DNA of 64,000 nt, taken from positions 558,001 through 622,000 of the forward strand of contig OY253670.1 in assembly GCA_958009085.1 (NCBI GenBank), written 5' to 3'. Position 1 is the first letter of the stretch; each line of letters opens with the position of its first letter. Below, piece after piece: positions 1 through 11,100 of this stretch. This DNA is from Protoeuglena noctilucae. Its lineage: Eukaryota. The notes under the pieces were generated by a model that ran no database searches, was not told where the DNA came from, and saw nothing but the letters and a program-made list of their open reading frames with translations. The translations under genes and the position numbers were made by a program.

Positions 1-1605
1 CCGTCACGAGGCGGTCCAGCTTGGCGATCATCAGCACGATCGGGAGGTCCTCCTGGCAGGCCTGCCGCACAGCACGCTCCGTCCCCATCATGACCTGCGC
101 AGGGCCGAGGTCCACTTGGTTCGTGAGATGCGAGATGCAGGCCGAGTGAGCCCAGTTACGGAATCGTACATGCAAGAGTGTACATGTTGATTGCGAACAC
201 CCGCGCTCGCCCGCGCAGCCCCTGCTCGCCATACCCGCCACGCCCACTGCACCGCTTCGCAAATGCGCCGTTGCCGGCACAGTCGTTGCAGCCCTCACCC
301 CCTCTGCGGCATCGACCACCAGCATGACGCCGTCCGCCAGCCGCATCGCAACCGCGACCTCGTCGTTGAAGTTGGCGTGGCCCGGGGTGTCGATCATATT
401 GCAGAGGAACGACTTGCCCTGGCTGTCCTGCAGGCACGGGTGCGGCACAGGCACTGCACGTCAGAACATTAACTATCCAACAGGCCTGGCGAACCGTGGG
501 ACACATGGTACGCTGAGATGGTGACACACGGATCCCAAACTCGTCAGCGCAACCATCAGCGGCACGTGGGCAGGTGCACACGGGCCCGCACCGCCCGTTT
601 TGGGTCTCACACCTGGAGGACCAGGGACATTGGCGTCATCTTGATCGAGATGCCACGGCTGACTTCGTCGAGTCGCGTGTCGGTGTACTTCAGCATGCGA
701 CCGTCGTCCCGGGTCTCGAATCCCGTCTGGTGCGTCTGCTGCACCACCATGTCCATCACCGCGGTCTTGCCGTGGTGCAGGTGCCCCACCACCGCCACGT
801 TCCGCACCAGCTCTGCGCGCGGAGGCAACAGGTCCTGTCAGAGCGCGTACCGGCGGAGCGGGTGCGCTTTAAAGCGACGGAGGGGCCGGCGACTCGCCCG
901 CGTTGCTCATGAGCCCCGTGAGGAACTCCGCCGAGTACGCCGTCTCCGGCAGCTCCTTCTCGACAATCTCGTGCTTCTTCTCCGTCACCGGCGCGATGAT
1001 CGGCTTCTCCAGCGGCTGCGCGTCCTCCTCCATCACCAGCGTCTCTGCGCACGCCGCAGCAAGGCCCGTGAGGCCGCCTGCGCCCCTCGCGGCGCACCAC
1101 CTCAACAAACAAATCATACGCGTTGCGGGGAGACCAAGACCCGCGCGGGCGCGCCTGTCTCGGGTCCGTAAACCTCCTCGGCGCTGGGGTAGTACTTCTT
1201 GTCCTCGTGGAGGACGATGTCGGTGCCTGGCTCCAGCCCCGGCCAATCCTGATCCATCATCTCGTCCTCCTGGTCGAGCTTGCCACGATCATCGACTTCG
1301 TCGCGCTCCCCATGGGCGCCGGACGGCCCCTGCGCGAAGAAGCGGCCGGCAACGAGATGCCGGCGAAGGCGCGCTCCGCACACCTCCAGCACGCGCTGAT
1401 GCAACGTTTATGTGATGCATCGCAAGTGAAGGACGACTGGAGCAGCGCATGTCAGCGAGAGCACAACCCACGCCCCTCCCCGCACAGACAGCCATCAGGC
1501 CCCGCCTCGCACCTCTCCCCCCGGCCTCCCATCCTCGCTGCTCTCCGACCCGCTGAGTTCCGGGCCAATGTAATTCCCGAACTCATCATAGAGGTCCTCG
1601 TCCAT
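1..1605 (-). CDS. EFTUD2: U5 snRNP 116 kDa GTPase Snu114/EFTUD2, 5' part (runs off the left edge; multi-exon)
   Basis: Spliced translation [17 protein letters not shown]...[40 protein letters not shown]...[16 protein letters not shown]...[16 protein letters not shown]...[13 protein letters not shown]...[12 protein letters not shown], which is the diagnostic Snu114 N-terminus plus G-domain motifs. ATG at 1605. Confidence 0.97.
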
Positions 1606-2088
1606 CCTATGCACCGGCAACCGGCCGGGCACCGGCAGGTGCGGGTTCGGCCACCGGCAGCGGCCCCGCGCGCAGCTGGTAGCGGATCCGAGGTCTCAGA
1701 TGGAGGCAAGTGTGACAAAGATGCAAGCGCTACTGTTACAACTTCTAGGATGTGGCCCAGAAATCCACAGGCTGGCCGTCCCCACAGCCCCCGCGATCTG
1801 GCTCGGCCTCTGGATCGCGGATCCGGGCGCTTGCAGAATTAGGTGACGAGACAGGTGTGTTTCAAGGCCCATGCGCCAGTGCCGGCTTTCCCCGCCGGTG
1901 GGCGATCCTGGCCATCGTTCTGGCAGCGCGCCGCAGCGCCAGCCCCTCCAAGCCCTCGAACGCGTGCGCAAAAGAAGTAGGCTGATTTATACGGCTGCAA
2001 AGGGTACTGTCACGGACCCAGGGGCCAGCCAGCAGGGGCCAGCCAGCCAAGGGGCCTCATCGGCCTCATGGGGCAGGTCTTGATGTAC

Positions 2089-4820
2089 TTAGTTGGTGAC
2101 GGGCATCTCCGACTCCTTCTGCGCCGCCTGGTCGCGGTCCTGATCCCGCTGCGGTAAACAGGGAGGAGCGGCGGATGACCTCCAGCCGGTCATCGCAGCT
2201 GCAAATCGTCCATTTCGGTGCTGGCGCGATTGGCCGCTCACCCTGGCGGCCGTCGCCTTCTGCTCCTCGCTCTTGAGGAACGCGATCATCTTGTTCATCG
2301 CGGAGATGTAGGACCGCGCGGAGGACACCACGATGTCCTCGTCGGCGCCCATCCCGGTGAAGCTGCGCTTGAACGTACGGCCCTGCGCCGACGTGCTGAT
2401 GCCGCGGGCGCCCTTGGGGACGATCGACACGCGCGTGTTGGCCAGCGCGTCAATCCCTTGCGTCACGCTCTGCACGTTGTAGTCCGTCAGCTGGCACGGC
2501 ACCTGCGCGATCGCCAAGAGCGATGCACTGGCAGGAGCCCTCCGGCATGGCGCAACATGCGAATCGAATGCACGTCGGCAATGTACTCACCTGCACCAGC
2601 TGGTCGATGGCCTGATACGCAGCATCGACCGGGCCCGTGCCAATCGCCGTCGAGACGCGGCTCAGCCCGTCCGGCCCCCGCAGACGCACCGTCGCGGTCG
2701 GCAGGCCCATCGTGCCGCAGACCACCTGCAGGTCCTGCAGCTCCCACACCGTCTCTGGCTGGAACACCTGCGGCAAGCCAATCAGCCACGGGTGGTTGGG
2801 TCCGTGCACTCCTGTGCAGTGTTCTGACCCAGCCACCTCAATCCGCCACCCCACGCAAGCCCTCCACAGTAGCGCTCTCCAGTTCTCAAAGCAGCCCTGC
2901 TTTTGACACCTGACACGACCCCACCACCACCCCACACGACCCCGCCTCCCGTCACTCCACCCAGCGCCACCCCATAACGCACCTGGTCCCCCATGAGAGC
3001 CTCGAGGTCCTCGTCCGTGATGCCGCTCTTCTTGCGGTCGGCCAGCTCCTTGAACCTCCGGAACACGCCGTCCATCTGCTCGTCCCGAATGTCGTACCCC
3101 AGGCCATGCAGAGCCGTGGAGAGCGCGTGGCGGCCCGAGTGCTTCCCCAGCACGATCCCCGCCTCGTCCTTGCGGACCAGGCCGATCGTCTCAGGGGACA
3201 TGATCTGAGAATGCCGGGACGAGTACCCAGGTGGGCCGATGACGCAAAGCACGAGATGACAAAACGTGCTGCGTCTTGCCACCCATCTCACCTCGTACGT
3301 CTCCCTGTTCTTGAGCATGCCGTCCTGGTGGATGCCGGACTCGTGCGCGAAGGCGTTGGCCCCGACGATGGCCTTGTGGGGCTGCACCATCATGCCGCTG
3401 TACTCCTGGACCATCCGGGACGTCGGGCTGATGTGCACGGGGCGGATGCCCGTGTACAGCCCGCCCATCTGCTGCTCCCCCCTGCAGCACAGAGACACAG
3501 GCGCACTCAGTGGTACGATTGCGAGCACCCGGGCCGGTCGTGCCGCAGCTCCGGTGCGCTTCCTGCATGACTTTCCACGGAGCCAGGCGCCGTCCCCCAG
3601 CATCAGCAGTGAATGGCTCCCACCCCGGCCTCTCACCGCAGGCGGATGGCCATGACGACCTCCTCCAAAGAGGCATTGCCCGCACGCTCCCCGATGCCGT
3701 TGATCGTGCACTCGATCTGCCGCGCGCCGTTCATCGCCCCGGCCAGCGAGTTGGCCGTGGCGAGGCCCAGGTCGTTCTGGCAGTGCGTGGAGATGATGAC
3801 GCTGTCGGCCCCGGGCGTGTTCTCCTTGATGCCCTTGATCAGCGCGCCAAACTCCTGCGGCAGGTTCCACCCCGTCGTGTCGGGGATGTTGAGCGTCGTC
3901 GCGCCGGCCTTGATGACCTCCCCGAGGATCTGGTACAGGAACTGCGGGGCAGGGCAAACCGACACAATGACATGTGATGTACGCCCCACGCTTGCCACAC
4001 TCACCACGCCAGCACCCCAGCAGCCTCCCGGGCGGCGCGGCCCGCCGCCTCGCCTTGGGATCGGAGCGTCCCGCGTCCTCCGGGCTGAACTCGATGTCCT
4101 GGCACCCCATCTCCCGCAGCATCCTCACGGCGTTGACCGCTTTCTCCACGACCTGGTCGGGCGTTAACTTGAGCTTGTACTTCATGTGGATCTCCGAGGT
4201 GGCGATGAAGGTGTGGACGCGGGGGTGCTTGGCGTACCGGACGGCGTTCCACGCCGACTCCAGATCCTTGGGGGCCGCACGGGAGAGGCCGCAGATCACG
4301 GGCGCGTAGCCTGCGTCGTCCACCATGTTGCCCACCTCCATTGCGATGTTCTTCACCGCCTGGAAGTCGTCCGGAGACGCGATCGGGAAGCCCGCCTCGA
4401 TGATGTCCACGCCGAGCTTGGCCAGCTGCCGCGCAATGTCGAGCTTCTCCTTCGACGTCATCGTGGCGCCGGGGGACTGCTCGCCGTCGCGCAGCGTCGT
4501 GTCGAAGATGCGGACATAGTTGGGATCGTCAATCCTGCGGGGCGCGCGCGAGGGGCGAGCTGCGGTCGGCGCGGGGAGGGCGAGGACGGACGGCGGCAAC
4601 ATCCGGTGGGCCCCCGGCCGCACCTGTTCGGAATGTACAGCGGTCTGGCTCGCTCCATGCCGTTCGAGCCTGCCGCTGCGGGACGCACGGTCGCGCACCG
4701 TCGCCGCGTCCCCCGACATGGGCCCGCCACTGCGAGAACTTGCGGGAAGACGTCATCGGCACGACAGGGGAGCCGACAGCGCGCAGGTGGAGCCCGCAGG
4801 GCCATGTCCTTGCCATACAT
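2089..4820 (-). CDS. leuA: 2-isopropylmalate synthase, plastid-targeted (multi-exon)
   Basis: Motifs [86 protein letters not shown] and the regulatory-domain GTGPVDAAY. The N-terminus is Ala/Arg-rich and transit-peptide-like (ATG 4820 or 4805). TAA at 2089-2091. Confidence 0.96.
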
Positions 4821-5607
4821 GTCATGAGGATAGCGGCGGGGTCCGCAGAGACATCAACCGGATCGCGGCGGACGCGGGGCATGCGTGGTGGCTGGGCGCG
4901 AGGTGCGCAATTGGGTCCCGCCCAACGGCAGCGCAGGGGGCGCGCGCGTGAAGCGCAAAGCACAGCATTGGGTATCAACTTTGCCAACACTGAGGTATTG
5001 CGGAAAGAAGCGCTCAAGGAGCCCGTCTTCGGCAGGGAAACTCCTCGACCGGCGGCTTCCCGCCGCCTGGGAAAGCCACCGGCATAATTCTCGATAATAG
5101 GTCGCATCGGCAAGGCCCATCGACTAGGAGATGGCTACGACGCTCCGCGCGAGACAGGCCTTCGGACTGAAGCACGAAATGGCACGCGGATCCGTGCAGT
5201 CTCCTCCGAACAGCTACGATGTGGGATGTACAGGAGGCCGCGCCCGTCCCCGGAACTCACCCGGGCCCACCCGGATGGCCACGGGCCCCACCGCCAGCAT
5301 CGCCCCTTCGTACCGCTCCAAGCTCGATGTTACGGATGCCACCTGAGCCAACAGAGGAAGAGAGGCCTGCCAGTCGCTATTCGGAAAGGTCGGCATCTGG
5401 ATTCGCGCGCTCGTTTTGTGCGGCCCGCCGTCACCACGTCAGAGCCCTCGGAACTGGCAGCGAAAGTCGGGCTGAGGCACATCCCGGGCCCATCCTCCCC
5501 ATGCTGTGTAGTCCGCTCGAGTTCCATACCAAGCCGCTGTGCACGCATCAAGACGTGGCCCGGCTCCGCCTCATGCACCGGGGCTCTGCGCGAGACCAGT
5601 CGGCGCC

Positions 5608-7291
5608 ATGAACTTTTTGACGCAGATACAAAACACTCAGAAGCAGAGCATCAGGGAGGTCGAGCTCGGCATTGCGGACAAGGTGGGGCGCGAATTGGGG
5701 CCTCGCTGCGATCCCTGCGAGGTATTGGCCTGCTCTTTGCCTGGAGGGACCCATCCATGCGCTCCTCTCCCGCAGGCTTCCTGGCATGACCAATTCAAGC
5801 ATTCGGCCTACATTTTCGCCGGCGGCCTGAGCTTCCAGCTCACGGAGGGGGACGTTTTGGCAGTCTTTTCGCAGTACGGGGAGATTGTCGACGTACACCT
5901 CGTCAGGTGACCTCTTGTGCCGCTTCCCGCAATGCTTTGTATGTGTCGGTCTGTAGCGATAGCCTTGCTTGAGCCTCCCGCGCAGGGACAAGGAGACGAA
6001 GAAGTCGCGTGGATTCGCCTTCCTGGCGTACGAGGACCAGCGCAGCACCGTCTTGGCGGTAGACAACCTCAATGGCATCAAGGTGGACGGCCGGACCGTG
6101 CGGGTGGAGCATGTCCTCGACTACAGGAAGAAGCGGGAGGAGGCGAGCGGCAATTTTGCGTGTGCAGTGACGCCGCCGTGGCGCGCGGCATCATTGTTAC
6201 TCAGTTGGTGTCGTTTCGAACTGACTGGATCGCGAGGTATCCTGCATCCGCAGATGGGCGACGCGATGGCGGAGGGTGAGGTGACGGCGGACGAGCTGAG
6301 GGCATTGGGAGGGAACCAGGGGCCACAGGGGGCGCCAGGAGAGCCGCGGGGATCGCAAAAGGAGTCCGAAGCGACTCGAGGATCAAGGCGAGTGCGGGGC
6401 TGGGCACCCGCTGCGTCTCTGAGTCGAGGCATCCGTGTTTGGGCAACGCACCGCCGTCGTCGCTCACAAGGCAAGTTTTCACTGCTGCCCCCGCCGCTAT
6501 CGCTCGCAGCGCGCGGGCCGCAGGAAGCGGCCTTCCTTTCGGTGGGGAGGGCAGCGTGTTTGGTCTCCTGACTGAGAGCCAGGGTCACGCACGCGATAGG
6601 GAGAGGCCGTCGTCGAAAGACGGAGACAAGAAGGCTAAAAAGGAAAAGAAGGAGAAGAAGGTGAGGAATGGCTGTGTCGATAGATAGAACTGAGACCTGC
6701 AAACGCACACTGGGTCTGTGTATGACGGCCAGTGCAGCGAACACCACTCGCATGAGCGTTCGGGACCTACCAGGCAGGCCTTGTGTATCTGTTTCGCAGG
6801 AAAAGAAAGAAAAGAAGGAAAAGAGGGATAGTAAGAGAAAGAGGGAGGACGATGAGATTGCAAGAGAATCAGGGGGTAGGGACGCGGGGGTGGGGCTGAG
6901 GCCGAGTGGGCGTGACGACCGGGATGGGGGCCGGGAGTGGGACGGTGACGGGAGGAGAGGAGATGGGAGGCGGGACGATGAGAGGCGGAGCGACAGGGAG
7001 AGGGATGGTGACGGGAGGCGGGGCGATGGAGACCGGGGAGTTGAGCGGGGAAGGGAGGGGAGGGATTGGAGGGATCGAGGTGGGGAGTGGAGGCGAGAGG
7101 GTGGGTCTCGGGACGAGCGGGGCAGTGGCAGGGGTGGGGAGGACAACAGGAGGAGGGGTGGGGGGCGTGACTATGGGGTTGAGCGGGGCGAAAGGTATAG
7201 GGACCGTAATGGCTCAGATGAGGGCGGGCGAAGGGGTGACAGGGGCTGGGGTCGGGAGAGGGACGGGGAGAGGGATAGGGGCAGGCATTAA
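5608..7291 (+). CDS. RBMX2: RES-complex RRM protein RBMX2/Snu17 (Ist3) with Lys/Glu- and Arg/Asp/Gly-rich tail
   Basis: MNFLTQIQNTQK...ASWHDQFKHSAYIFAGGLSFQLTEGDVLAVFSQYGEIVDVHLVRDKETKKSRGFAFLAYEDQRSTVLAVDNLNGIKVDGRTVRVEHV; 5 introns traced in frame. Confidence 0.95.
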
Positions 7292-7946
7292 GTGCTGCTG
7301 ACGTCTTACTAGGCGCTTCTGTGTGCTCGTCAGAACCACAACGATTGCTTATGGCATGGAGCTCTCGCCAGGTAATGCGGGTCTATCAAGCAGGTCGAGG
7401 TTTGAATTCGCCGCGCTAATGCAACGCCGATACGCAAGCATGCCCATGCCAAAGACGGCTCTCCATGCGAAGACATGACGCGGCACGGACGGCCGTCGCC
7501 CTGCAATGGCCACCTGCACCACCCAGCCTTTCTCAAAAGGAGGGGAGGCGCGAGGAGCCTAGCTAGGCAGGACGCGGACGTCAGCGGGCGTCGATCGCCA
7601 ACACAAGCACCTCGATGGCAGAGACCTGCTCACCGCATGCGGCCACAGCAAACAAAGCGCCACTCAGATAACAGCACATACGCAGCACCACCGCTCCCGT
7701 GAGACCGCCTCCGCGCAGCAACTACGCGGCAACTGCGCCGACCGACCCTCAAGGCCTGACCAGCGCTTTCTGCAGCAATCTCTCTTGCACCGCCCCAACA
7801 CAAACACCGCATCCCTCCCATTAGCCGCTCGTAACTTCCCCGCGCGCCCACACTCATGGTGCAATCCTCGCGCCCCCGCATGAAACGACTGCGCAACCCT
7901 TGCGCCCGTTCGACTCCCATGCAGTCACCTTCACCCCTTACCCTAA

Positions 7947-8122
7947 CCACCCATCACATCCACCGCCACCAATCACTTCCATCCCCACCCATCACACCCA
8001 TTGCCACCCGCCACTTCCAAGCCCTTCCAAACCACCCATCACTCCACCGCCACCCATCCTATCCGTCACCCATCCCCACCCGTCACTTCCGTCCCCACCC
8101 ATCACATCAACCGCCACCCATC
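7947..8122. repeat. Degenerate C/A-rich minisatellite (unit ~19/38 bp, core CACCCATCAC..CCACCGCCACC) just downstream of the ankyrin-gene stop
   Basis: Repeated CACCCATCAC / CACTTCC(A/G)TCCC motifs are visible directly in the sequence. Confidence 0.6.
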
Positions 8123-11100
8123 AATCCCGCATTCCCTGACCCACCCCCGCCCCACCGTCACCCGGCTCCACGTTCAGTCCATCCGCAGCCACGTGAACGC
8201 TGGGGTTTCCCAGCGCAAATAGCCCAGAACCATGCCCATGCCCACCCTTCTCACGCGCCCCCACGCCCGCCATGCCCGCCGACGCACGCCCGAGCTGCCC
8301 CGCGTCGCCGCCATCCCGGATGCCGGCGCTGTCGACCCCGGGTGCCCCCGCCGACGGCCGGTCCTTGCGCGGCGGCGCCTTGGGCTGCGTCAGCGGGGGC
8401 GCCACACCACCCGCCTCCCACCCCGGCGCCTCCCAGGCCCCCGCCCACGCCCCGTCCCTGCCCCCGTGCGCCCCGGCCGCCTGGCCCAGCAGCGAGCTGA
8501 GCTCGAGCGGCGGCACCACGGGCGCCGCGTGGCCCGGGCGCGGGGGCGGCGCGGGGGGCGTGTCGGGCACGCGCGTTGCGTACCCCCGGGCACCCTGCCC
8601 TGGCCGCGGCGGCGGTGGCACCTCGACGGGCCAGAACCCCGTGTCGTCATCCGGACCGAAGTACGGGTCCGTGTAAGAAGTGCCGCCGTAGCCGTCCCAC
8701 GCGTCCGAGTACACGCTCACGTCGTGCGCCATCGCGCGCGTCCCTGACACAGTGAAGGGCGCCGCGTTGGCCGAGAGCTCCCCGGGCCCCACGGGGCGGT
8801 CCCGGGAGGGCCGGTTCGGGGTGTTGCGCGCCGGGGAGTTGGTGGAGGGCCGGGCGACGGTGCTGAGGGGCGGCCAGGCCTCGGCGCCCATCGCGCCGCC
8901 GAACGGGTGCGGGGCGGCGCTGGGTAGGCTGAACGCGGAGGCGAAGAGGCTGCTGGAAAAGATGGATGGCTCGGCGCCGAACGAGCTGCGCGGGGGGCCG
9001 TGGGGGTGCGCGGGGGACCCCGGCGTCATGGGGACTTGCCGCATGGCGCGTGTCGGGGTCATGTCGAGGGTGGCCGACTCCCCGACGTCCTCCGCTTGCG
9101 GGAAGGGGGCCACGGGGAGCCGCAGGTCCTGCGAGGCGTCCTGGCCGGCGCCCCAGGCGTCGCTGCGGGCGCGGGAGGGGTGGGGAGGGCGGGCGTGGGT
9201 GGGTGAGAGAGAAGGCGAGCAGAGTTAGGGTGTTAACGGCAAGGGCTGCTGAGGTGAGGTCACTGAGGGAGGGTGCGATGGGAGGTAAACGGAGCGAGGC
9301 ATACAAAGGTGCAAAGGTGCGGTGGGTCACTGGCACTTGTGCTGGGATTGCCCTGGCTGTGCGACCTCAGGCGCTCACCCGCCGCTGTCGGCGCGCCCCA
9401 GTCCGACACCCCAGGACGCCGCCTGCCCGTCGGGCATCAGGAGCTGCATGAGCTCCGAATGCAGGTCGTGGATCCCCTGAGATGCGCCCACGGAGCTCCC
9501 CAGGGGCGTGTGTGGCCCGTTGCGGTGGGCGCCCTGTGAATGGAGACGAGCGAGTGGAACAATCGAATCGTGGTGAATGCAATAACACCCTGTTGCATTT
9601 ACTGACAGCGACAGCTGCAGTAGTGATGCGGGCTGTGCTGCGAGCATTGCCGTGAACCGCGCACTGCGCACTCACCGCCCATCATGGCAATTCCACACAG
9701 AAAATGGCAACCCCTCGCGCAAAGCAAAAGCACTCACCGCCCCGAACGCATCCCCCAGGCCCCACGCCGCCAGGCGTGACCCCATCGGCGACAGGCTTCC
9801 CGTCGCGGCCTCCCCGCCCCCCGTCGTTAACGCCTGGCTCAGCAGCTCCGCCTCCAGCTGCGTCCAGGTGCTGTTGCGGTGGTGCCCGGACCGCACCTCA
9901 GGCGACAGCTGCGCGCCTCCCGACGCGCGACCTCCCGAGGGGCCCCGGGACACCACGCCCTCCTCCGCACCCCGCCACTCCCCCGGCCCCGACTCCGCAA
10001 CCCCGGCGGCCCTCGCCGGGACCTCCGCAACCAGCGCCGCCCAGGGCCTCTGCAGCCCAGTCGGCCCCTCCCCGCCGGCGCCGACAGCACCGACGCGGCC
10101 ATTCCCCAACCCGACCTCCAGGCCACCCCCGTTGGCAGCCCGGCCTGCGATCGCATCCGGCGCCTCCGACAGCGCCGGGACGCCCGCTCGGAGCCCCACC
10201 GCCGCGTCCGAGCGCTCGTCGAGCGAGTTGGGCCCCGTGCTGTCTTCGGCTGCCCTCCCGACACTGCCAGAGGACCTGCTAGACGTGGACTCGCGCGCAT
10301 GCGCCACCGTGGAGGCTGGGGGCAGGAAGGAGAGGGAAGGGTCTTGTTTCACGAATGACGAGCAGCGCGCGAGAGCTGCTGGCTGCCCTGTGAATCAATC
10401 CGCTAAGTGCACCGTGGCTGCCTTTTCCAGCCCCTGCCAGGTCACACCCTTGCGGGCAGACACCAACCCTTACAAAAACCCAACGGTGCACCCGGCCCGG
10501 CCCCATCACGCCCCCTCACCCGACCGCAGCACCCTGGCCTTGGTCCCGTCGGCGAAACCCTTGTCCGACGCCGCTGAGATGGCCTTGACCATCACGGGCC
10601 GTCTCGCCTGCCCCACGGGCCCCGCCGGCCCGGCAGACTCCGGGCGAGTCGCTGCCTTGGGACCCTCCGCCTTGGGGCGCGCGTCGACTTTGACTGCCTC
10701 CACGATCCGCCCGTGCCGCTCCTGGCGCTTCCGCTGGGCCTTGGCTGCGCGGTCCGCCTCCATGCGCCGCTGCTCCGCTTCCTGCGTTTATTTACAGCGC
10801 CAAGGATTATACTCGACCCCACCTCTCATCACCACCCCTCCACAGCCACCCATCACTCCTGCCCACCTTAGACCGCCTCTCCCTCTCCCGCTGCTCCTGC
10901 TCCTCCCGGTCCCTCTGCATCTGCGCCTCCAGCTGAGTCAGCAGCGCCAGAACGCGGCCGCGCTTGTCCTCCACCTCGGCCTCCACCTCCTGCAGTCGCG
11001 CCGAGTGCACGTCCTCGCCACCCTCCACGTTCACATCGCCTCCCGCCGCCGCGGCGCCGCCCCGCTGCCCCTCCCGCCCCCGCCCGCCCTTGTGCATCAA

